Made by a program: the position numbers and the translations under genes
Notes under the pieces: generated by a model
What the model saw: only the letters and a program-made list of their open reading frames with translations
What the model was told of the DNA's origin: nothing
The model's database searches: none
Shown here: positions 18,266-23,689 of the stretch, one piece after another
Position numbering within the stretch: position 1 is the stretch's first letter
Layout: every line of letters begins with the position of its first letter
Origin: a virus
Lineage: Duplodnaviria; Heunggongvirae; Uroviricota; Caudoviricetes
Direction: 5' to 3' (one strand)
IMG/VR virus record: IMGVR_UViG_2698536618_000024
Location: 1 to 23,689 of that record
DNA length: 23,689 nt

Positions 18266-18655
18266 CTAACATTTTCTTTTTACTTTCCCAACAAAAGCTT
18301 TGGTTGAATCCATATTTCCATAACCGGAAATGGTTTTTGACATTAAAACTGTTCCAGTAGGATGTATTACCCATGAGTCGATAACGCGTTGAGTTTCGCC
18401 ATTCGCGCCGATTCCTATGATGGAGTTTTTAGACAATGCTTTGTAAGCCATGCCGCCCGCATCTGTCCCAGAATATGTGATGCTGGCATCTTCACCGCTT
18501 GTCTTAATGATGAATGTTCCACTAAAACCATCTTCTTCCGGATGGAAATTATTTCGTTCTGAATAGCTTATTCCGCGCATATCTCCAACGACCCAGCACT
18601 CTGCTGTAGCCCCAAAAGATATGAATAAGAACATAGCAGCAAGAAATTGCTTCAC
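18266..18655 (-). CDS. Hypothetical secreted/periplasmic protein (about 129 aa with Sec signal peptide)
   Basis: Start reassigned to GTG at 18655 (minus strand): AAGGAGG lies 5 nt upstream and the product begins MKQFLAAMFLFISFGATA/ECW, a classic n-h-c signal peptide with AXA site; the ORF-track extension to 18871 is antisense to the neighbouring plus gene and not protein-like. Confidence 0.55.
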   Translation of the reverse strand: MKQFLAAMFLFISFGATAECWVVGDMRGISYSERNNFHPEEDGFSGTFIIKTSGEDASITYSGTDAGGMAYKALSKNSIIGIGANGETQRVIDSWVIHPTGTVLMSKTISGYGNMDSTKAFVGKVKRKC

Positions 18656-18685
18656 ACCAACCTCCTTAGTTTTGCGCAGGATACC

Positions 18686-19051
18686 ATGAAAAAAGTTAAC
18701 ATTGGAAACGTACCAAAAATGCTCGTTCCGCTCTTTGAGAGCGGTACAATTGTGTTTTGCAGAGACTTTCCAGAATGGCAACGCCTGCATCAAAAACTTG
18801 GCGTGGACGTGCAGGACTCGGATGCCAACGGAGCGTCTCATACAATGAGCAGCGAGAATGGTGTTTTGCATGTGATAGGTGTGTTCAATGGCAAACTATC
18901 TACTATTGCCCATGAGTGCGCTCACATGGCATTCGATATCTGCTCAAGGGTCGGCGTTGATGTTGAACCAGGAAGAGCCAACGAGACTTACTGCTACTTA
19001 ATGAGCAGGCTTGTTGAGTTCTGCGAGCGACATATCAAAAAGCCGGAGTGA
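18686..19051 (+). CDS. Hypothetical protein with HEXXH zinc-binding-type motif (about 121 aa)
   Basis: Translation contains STIAHECAHMAFD (HEXXH at nt 18910-18924) in a hydrophobic context typical of zincin active-site helices; start at ATG 18686 to avoid overlap with the divergent secreted-protein gene; family not identified. Confidence 0.5.
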   Translation: MKKVNIGNVPKMLVPLFESGTIVFCRDFPEWQRLHQKLGVDVQDSDANGASHTMSSENGVLHVIGVFNGKLSTIAHECAHMAFDICSRVGVDVEPGRANETYCYLMSRLVEFCERHIKKPE

Positions 19052-19058
19052 ACCGGCT
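19036..19058 (-). terminator. Intrinsic terminator for the minus-strand small gene, overlapping the 3' end of the HEXXH gene
   Basis: AGCCGG-AGTGAA-CCGGCT hairpin (19041-19058); the A-run 19036-19040 on the plus strand gives a U-run after the stem on the minus strand. Confidence 0.4.
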
Positions 19059-19064
19059 TGATTA

Positions 19065-19244
19065 TTACTTTTTGCTGTCTGGAGTTCGCTTATCTAATAC
19101 CCAGCCATGACCTGGCTTTGTTGTTGGTGGAAGTCTTTCGTTGTCCTTGACGGTGGCAAAATTATCTTTCTTACCGCCGCGTGGGCCAACTTCTTGGTAT
19201 ATTCCGCCGTTTTTTCCTGTGTTTTCACCTGGTTTTTTCGCCAT
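19065..19244 (-). CDS. Hypothetical small protein (59 aa), Gly/Lys/Pro-rich
   Basis: MAKKPGENTGKNGGIYQEVGPRGGKKDNFATVKDNERLPPTTKPGHGWVLDKRTPDSKK; GAGG RBS 7 nt upstream of ATG 19244; own terminator downstream; pattern loosely resembles small YjzC-like proteins as I recall them (unverified). Confidence 0.5.
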   Translation of the reverse strand: MAKKPGENTGKNGGIYQEVGPRGGKKDNFATVKDNERLPPTTKPGHGWVLDKRTPDSKK

Positions 19245-19335
19245 GATATACCTCAACATACACCCGTTATTGGGCGATTAAATATTGATCTCATTTTATA
19301 AGTAGTCAATATGGCCCAGGTAAATGCAAAAATTA

Positions 19336-19358
19336 ACCCACCGTCAGGTGGTTTTTTT
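19336..19358 (+). terminator. Rho-independent terminator (first of two in tandem upstream of tailspike)
   Basis: CCACC-GTCA-GGTGG (19338-19351) followed by TTTTTTT 19352-19358. Confidence 0.5.
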
Positions 19359-19409
19359 GTACAAATCCTTCAGCCAGTACATAACTACTGACAGATAACC
19401 AACGCAACG

Positions 19410-19433
19410 ACCCAGCTTCGGCTGGGTTTTTTT
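19410..19433 (+). terminator. Rho-independent terminator (second of tandem pair)
   Basis: ACCCAGC-TTCG-GCTGGGT (19410-19427), 7-bp stem with tetraloop, then TTTTTT 19428-19433. Confidence 0.6.
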
Positions 19434-19491
19434 ATGCCCAAAATTCACCGTGGCCACGCTGCGGCGATTCATTGTATCTGGAGCAAATTAA

Positions 19492-21288
19492 ATGACAGAC
19501 ATTACAGCCAATGTGATCGTATCGATGCCTTCGCAACTTTTCACTATGGCGCGTTCTTTTAAAGCTGTAGCCAATGGCAAAATTTATATCGGTCAGGTTG
19601 ACACTGACCCGGTAAATCCTGAAAACCAGATCCCTGTATATCTGGAACGAGAAGATGGCTCTCATGTTCAGGTGGCGCAGCCAATAGTTATCAACGCTGC
19701 TGGATATCCGGTATATAACGGGCAGATCGCCAAGTTCGCAACTGTACAGAATCACTCCATGGCTGTATATGATGCGTATGGCGCACAACAATTCTATTAT
19801 CCTGATCTACTGAAATATTCTCCAGACCAGTTAAGGGCTGAGCTTTCTGGCCCTGATGGCGCATCTCTGGTTGGTTATGGAGGCACAACCGTAAAGATTG
19901 AGCTGGAGATCTTGAAAGCTACACATGATTCATTAATTGATAAAACAGGATTTAACGCTATTGGCCGCTTTCTCAATCTTTCAGAGCTTCGCTCCTGTGT
20001 TCCAGAGGAGGCAGGGCAGATTGTATACGTAGCATCAGCAGCTAGCACTACACATGCTGAAAACCACCTTGGTGGCGGCTTTTTCGAGTCTGTTGATAAC
20101 ATTCAGGCGTGGGCTGACGATGGTGGAATTGTAATCAAGCCAGAAACTGGAACGATGGTATGGAGACGAATTAATTTTACCACTTACGACATGCAATTTT
20201 GGGGGGTGAAACCTGACGGAGTCACAGATAACGCAACAGCTATAACTCTTGCAACTAACTTTGCCCGCTCAAACAAATGCATTCTAGAGGCTCCTGCTGG
20301 AAACATAAATACATCAAAAACAATCCCAATTTATGACAATATGGGAATTAGAGGACAGGGAAAGGCTGAAGCGACAGTTTTTTATAAAACAACAAATGAC
20401 AAAATAGATCTCACAAAAAATGGAGAAGTAATTCTTCAGGTGGATGCATTATGTGCTTTTATACCAAAGCAATGGGATCTAACAGATAACTCAATGAGTT
20501 CATTTTGTGTTAACGGTAGAGTTGAAAACTGCATGTTTAGAAGGCTTGGCTTAACACAAGAAAACGTAGATTCTTATAGAAATTATTACGGACTGTTTTT
20601 AGGAAAATCAGCAGCACCAGTTATCAGACAGTCAATTTTTGAATGTGCTTATATCGGATGCTTCTCTTATGTGCCGTTCTCTGGCGTAATGGAAATGGTC
20701 GGTTTCCCACAATATCCAGGTAAAGGATATGCTGGAGTTTTATTTGAAGATTTTAGGGATGGTCAAATAAAAGTAATAGGCACTTCTATGGATATGCGCC
20801 TTGTTCAGGTTAACGGTTACCAGTTGTCATTTAGAATGTCAGGAATGCAATATACCACCATGACCAATTGTACTGCTGAAAACTGCACGCCAATGGATGG
20901 GGAGTCAATTTGCTATGCATTTGATTTTGTAAATCCGTATTGCATTGTCATGAATACTTGTGCAACAGAATTTGTTAAGGGTGGGCAACTTCGTGTTAGC
21001 GTTCAGGGAAACCCATCATTCAGACCATCTATTATTGTCAATGGCTTTCTGCCAATTGAACAACAAAGCCCGGTAGTGCAAACACCTATAATAGATATTG
21101 ATAATGGTGGCGTAGTTGAAATGAGTGTCATATTAAATGGTGGAGATTGGGCTATAAATCCATCTGCTGCAAATTTAACCGCACCAAGAGCAAGCGGAAA
21201 TGGGTTGAAAGCAAGGTTAATAGGTGTAAACGGGTCGCCTGTTTCGATCTGGAGCGTGTCTTCTGGCGCAGATGTGAAGGAGTTCTAA
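19492..21288 (+). CDS. Tailspike protein: conserved P22-type N-terminal head-binding domain plus divergent receptor-binding domain
   Basis: First ~115 aa ([11 protein letters not shown]...[58 protein letters not shown]) match the recalled P22 gp9 N-terminal domain; remainder unlike P22 and markedly lower in GC by eye. Confidence 0.9.
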   Translation: MTDITANVIVSMPSQLFTMARSFKAVANGKIYIGQVDTDPVNPENQIPVYLEREDGSHVQVAQPIVINAAGYPVYNGQIAKFATVQNHSMAVYDAYGAQQFYYPDLLKYSPDQLRAELSGPDGASLVGYGGTTVKIELEILKATHDSLIDKTGFNAIGRFLNLSELRSCVPEEAGQIVYVASAASTTHAENHLGGGFFESVDNIQAWADDGGIVIKPETGTMVWRRINFTTYDMQFWGVKPDGVTDNATAITLATNFARSNKCILEAPAGNINTSKTIPIYDNMGIRGQGKAEATVFYKTTNDKIDLTKNGEVILQVDALCAFIPKQWDLTDNSMSSFCVNGRVENCMFRRLGLTQENVDSYRNYYGLFLGKSAAPVIRQSIFECAYIGCFSYVPFSGVMEMVGFPQYPGKGYAGVLFEDFRDGQIKVIGTSMDMRLVQVNGYQLSFRMSGMQYTTMTNCTAENCTPMDGESICYAFDFVNPYCIVMNTCATEFVKGGQLRVSVQGNPSFRPSIIVNGFLPIEQQSPVVQTPIIDIDNGGVVEMSVILNGGDWAINPSAANLTAPRASGNGLKARLIGVNGSPVSIWSVSSGADVKEF

Positions 21289-21326
21289 CAATAGAAACAT
21301 TGACATAGCTAATGTGTTAATCTAAC

Positions 21327-21354
21327 CTGCCGGGAAATTCAACCATTCCGGCAG
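21327..21354 (+). promoter_or_regulatory. Inverted repeat in the leader of the acyltransferase gene
   Basis: CTGCCGG (21327-21333) / CCGGCAG (21348-21354), 7-bp perfect inverted repeat with 14-nt spacer, ending 4 nt before ATG 21359. Confidence 0.3.
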
Positions 21355-21358
21355 AGTT

Positions 21359-22468
21359 ATGAATAATAAAGGCAATATAATTCAAAGTCTTACATCGTTG
21401 AGAATGTTTGCAGCCCTTGGTGTTTTCGTTAGTCACCTTGGGTTATTATCTCAATCATCTATTGGCATGTTTAATACTGCGGCAAAGTATTTTTTTAACG
21501 GTTACATAGGTGTAACGTTTTTCTACATTCTTTCAGGTTTCATTATAAACTATAGCTTCACAAATCATATAAAAAAAGAGAGATTTAGCAATAAAGATTT
21601 TATTGTATACAGGATTGCAAGAATATTCCCTGTGCATATAGTGGCGCTTATTTGTTTTATTTTAATATTTATGCATGGTAAGGGTATTGATGGTATTAAT
21701 AATGGAGTGCTTATTTCAAATATATTATTACTACAATCATTTATTCCATTACAGGATTATTACTTTTCCTTTAATTCCGTTTCATGGAGCATCTCATGTG
21801 AGATGTTTTTCTACGTTGCATTTTGCTTATTAACAAGGCTAAAGACAAAGCATTTAACTTGTGTGCTGTTATTTGTGCTTGCGATTAATTTTTATTATTT
21901 AATTAATCCACCATCAGCTATATCACAGCATTGGTTGTTTTATATAAATCCATCATTTAGAATTGGCGATTTCATTATAGGAATGCTGATCTGTAGGGTG
22001 TTTATTAATAGTGATGTAAAAATCAACTATACTGTTTGCAGTATACTTGAGATCGCATCGGTGTTGTCATTGTTTTTGACAATATATGTAGCAACAAACT
22101 ATATCACATATATGAACATAAAATATGATGTTCTATATATCCCTTGCATGGCGTTTATAGTTATTGCATTTGCTTTTAATGGTGGCGTCTTATCTAAGAT
22201 ACTTAAAAATAGATTTATGGTTTTGCTTGGTGAGGCCTCTTTCTCATTTTACATTTTCCATTGGATGATAATACAGGTAATAACTAAGATATTAAACCCT
22301 GACACTGATAATTTGTATGAGATGTTAATGTATATAGCATTTTCTTTATTGGTTTCTATTATTGTATCAATAATCTCATTCAAGGTTATAGAAGTGCCTT
22401 CAAATAAAATAATAAGAGGTTATTGGAGAAAGTTTAGAGGTGATAAATTAACTGCGAAGTGTAGTTAG
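21359..22468 (+). CDS. Integral-membrane acyltransferase family 3 protein; candidate O-antigen acetyltransferase (Oac-like serotype-conversion gene)
   Basis: 369 aa, hydrophobic multi-pass throughout, N-terminal region SLRMFAALGVFVSHLG typical of acyltransferase-3 proteins, strongly AT-rich; sits between tailspike and int, the position I recall for oac in Sf6 and gtrABC in P22. Confidence 0.75.
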   Translation: MNNKGNIIQSLTSLRMFAALGVFVSHLGLLSQSSIGMFNTAAKYFFNGYIGVTFFYILSGFIINYSFTNHIKKERFSNKDFIVYRIARIFPVHIVALICFILIFMHGKGIDGINNGVLISNILLLQSFIPLQDYYFSFNSVSWSISCEMFFYVAFCLLTRLKTKHLTCVLLFVLAINFYYLINPPSAISQHWLFYINPSFRIGDFIIGMLICRVFINSDVKINYTVCSILEIASVLSLFLTIYVATNYITYMNIKYDVLYIPCMAFIVIAFAFNGGVLSKILKNRFMVLLGEASFSFYIFHWMIIQVITKILNPDTDNLYEMLMYIAFSLLVSIIVSIISFKVIEVPSNKIIRGYWRKFRGDKLTAKCS

Positions 22469-22516
22469 AGTTATTTTATAGTTCCTCTTGGTTATTTTAT
22501 TGCAAATATATTTAAT

Positions 22517-22550
22517 TGATGAAAAGGTGGATCACTCCACCTTTTCATCA
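22517..22550. repeat. 15-bp perfect palindrome overlapping the integrase stop codon
   Basis: TGATGAAAAGGTGGA (22517-22531) - TCAC - TCCACCTTTTCATCA (22536-22550); the int stop (TGA on minus, 22532-22534) lies in the loop. Confidence 0.7.
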
Positions 22551-23689
22551 AGCCAATCCGCCCACCACTGCATCATTTCTCTGCGCTTATCGAGATACTG
22601 AGCATGGTTGTAAATTCCGCGCACAGATCCGCCGTTGGCATGTGCCAGTTGCACTTCAATAGCGTCGGCAGGCCATTCGTGCTCGTTCATAATCGTGCTG
22701 AATTCATGTCTGAATCCGTGACCGCTTTCCAGACCCTCATAGCCGATTTGTTTGATCACAAGCAATACCGCGTTCTCGCAGATTGGCTTCTTCTTATCGT
22801 TGCGCCCGGCAAAAACAAACTCTGATACTTGTTTAGTGATTGAGCTTAGTGTAGTGAGAAGTTCAACCACCTGGTCTGACATCGGGACCACATGAATTTT
22901 GCGTCCCTTCATCACATTGGCGTCAATGGTGATAATCCTGTTTTCAAAATCGACGTTCTTCCATTGCATGGAACGAAGCTCTTTCGTTCTTAGGGCTGTA
23001 TAGCGTAAAACCTTGGTGGCAATGAGCGATACGATACTTCCTGAAAATGTTGCCAGTGCTTTGTTGAATGCCGGGATCTGGTCTGCAGGTAAAAACGGGA
23101 AGTTCTTCTTGCGGTATCCCTTCATGGCGTCAGCAAGGTCAGGTGCCGGGTTATATTTAGCCCTTCCTGTGACAATAGCGTAACGAAAAACCTCGCCGCA
23201 TCTTCTGCGGGCTTTATTGGCTCGTTCCATTGCACCGCGATCTTCAAATCTGCGGATTACTTCCAGCAGTTGCATCGGCTCTATATCCTGAATCTCAAGA
23301 CCGCCGATGATGGGCAAAATGTCGTCATCAAACATTTTGGCAAGTTCAGTTGCATAGCCTACTGACCAGACTTGCTTCTTGTGCTCGTACCATTCCTTGT
23401 AAATGGCGCTAAAGGAATTGTTGTTAGACGAAGCCTTTTTCGCTTTTACCGGATCGATGCCAACCGAGATGTCTTTCCTCGCGGTCCATGCTTTATCTCT
23501 TGCCTCCTGCAAAGTCATTAGCGGATATTTTCCGACGGTCAGGATTTTCTCCTTACCGTCAATCTTGTAGCGAAGCTGCCATACCTTTTTCCCTGATACA
23601 GGGACATAAAGGTACAGGCCATTACCATCGAGTAGGCGGTATGGTTTTTCTTTCGGCTTAGCTGCTTCAATCTGCTTAACGGTGAGCAT
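22532..23689 (-). CDS. int: Tyrosine integrase (P4-type arm-binding N-terminus)
   Basis: 385 aa; N-terminus MLTVKQIEAAKPKEKPYRLLDGNGLYLYV typical of P4-family integrases; C-terminal HGFRHEF and GIYNHAQY boxes fit the tyrosine recombinase H-x-x-R...Y motifs; start codon is the last 3 nt of the window, so a longer N-terminus cannot be excluded. Confidence 0.9.
   Translation of the reverse strand: MLTVKQIEAAKPKEKPYRLLDGNGLYLYVPVSGKKVWQLRYKIDGKEKILTVGKYPLMTLQEARDKAWTARKDISVGIDPVKAKKASSNNNSFSAIYKEWYEHKKQVWSVGYATELAKMFDDDILPIIGGLEIQDIEPMQLLEVIRRFEDRGAMERANKARRRCGEVFRYAIVTGRAKYNPAPDLADAMKGYRKKNFPFLPADQIPAFNKALATFSGSIVSLIATKVLRYTALRTKELRSMQWKNVDFENRIITIDANVMKGRKIHVVPMSDQVVELLTTLSSITKQVSEFVFAGRNDKKKPICENAVLLVIKQIGYEGLESGHGFRHEFSTIMNEHEWPADAIEVQLAHANGGSVRGIYNHAQYLDKRREMMQWWADWLDEKVE

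Larger units (their letters stand above)
1..23689 (+). mobile_element. Temperate lambdoid phage/prophage segment with P22/Sf6-type morphogenesis module (nin region through integrase)
   Basis: Continuous synteny nin-Q-lysis-terminase-portal-scaffold-coat-gp4/10/26-gp14-gp7/20/16-tailspike-conversion gene-int; this is the P22 circular map order. Integrase lies next to the tailspike/conversion genes rather than at the opposite end. Confidence 0.9.

Noticed and set aside
18656-18871. Long N-terminal extension of the minus-strand secreted-protein ORF
   Set aside because: The extension is antisense to the HEXXH gene and His/Cys/Trp-rich; GTG 18655 with a perfect AAGGAGG SD and an immediate signal peptide is far more plausible.
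19107-19301. 64-aa plus-strand ORF antisense to the small Gly/Lys-rich gene
   Set aside because: Trp/Cys/Phe-rich junk-like translation; the minus-strand frame has an RBS, a terminator and family-like sequence.
19432-19791. 119-aa minus-strand ORF overlapping the tailspike start
   Set aside because: Antisense to the conserved tailspike N-terminal domain and overlaps the upstream terminators.
22469-22560. attP core resembling a tRNA 3' end next to int
   Set aside because: No tRNA-like T-arm/CCA segment found by eye between oac and int; recorded as unresolved rather than called.
1-23689. CRISPR array, IS element or transposase
   Set aside because: No spaced direct repeats of 25-40 bp and no transposase-like ORF seen; the only recombinase is the phage integrase.

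Overview
This window reads as one contiguous late-region segment of a temperate lambdoid phage or prophage with a P22/Sf6-type virion module. All calls rest on reading the supplied translations and the nucleotide sequence; no database search or structure prediction was run. Order, left to right: lambda-like nin genes (NinG, NinH, PPP-family Ser/Thr phosphatase), a Q antiterminator, a candidate PR'/qut region and hairpin terminator, two tRNA-like genes (Asn-GUU-like, Thr-UGU-like), a lysis cassette (dual-start pinholin-like holin, SAR endolysin, Rz with embedded Rz1), a ~570 bp ORF-poor spacer, two small coupled ORFs, terminase small and large subunits, P22-type portal, scaffold, coat, gp4/gp10/gp26, gp14, ejection proteins gp7/gp20/gp16, tailspike, an AT-rich acyltransferase-3 membrane protein, and a convergent tyrosine integrase that starts at the window edge. 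The part least explained by the canonical P22 map is 18242-19491, where P22 carries sieA/immI: here sit three small unrecognised genes (a Sec-signal secreted protein, an HEXXH-motif protein, a ~59 aa protein) on alternating strands with their own terminators. Other points of interest are the low-GC tailspike 3' part plus acyltransferase, the tRNA pair after Q, the 13-bp perfect inverted repeat in the spacer, and a 15-bp perfect palindrome over the integrase stop codon. No attP core, CRISPR array or IS element was recognised.
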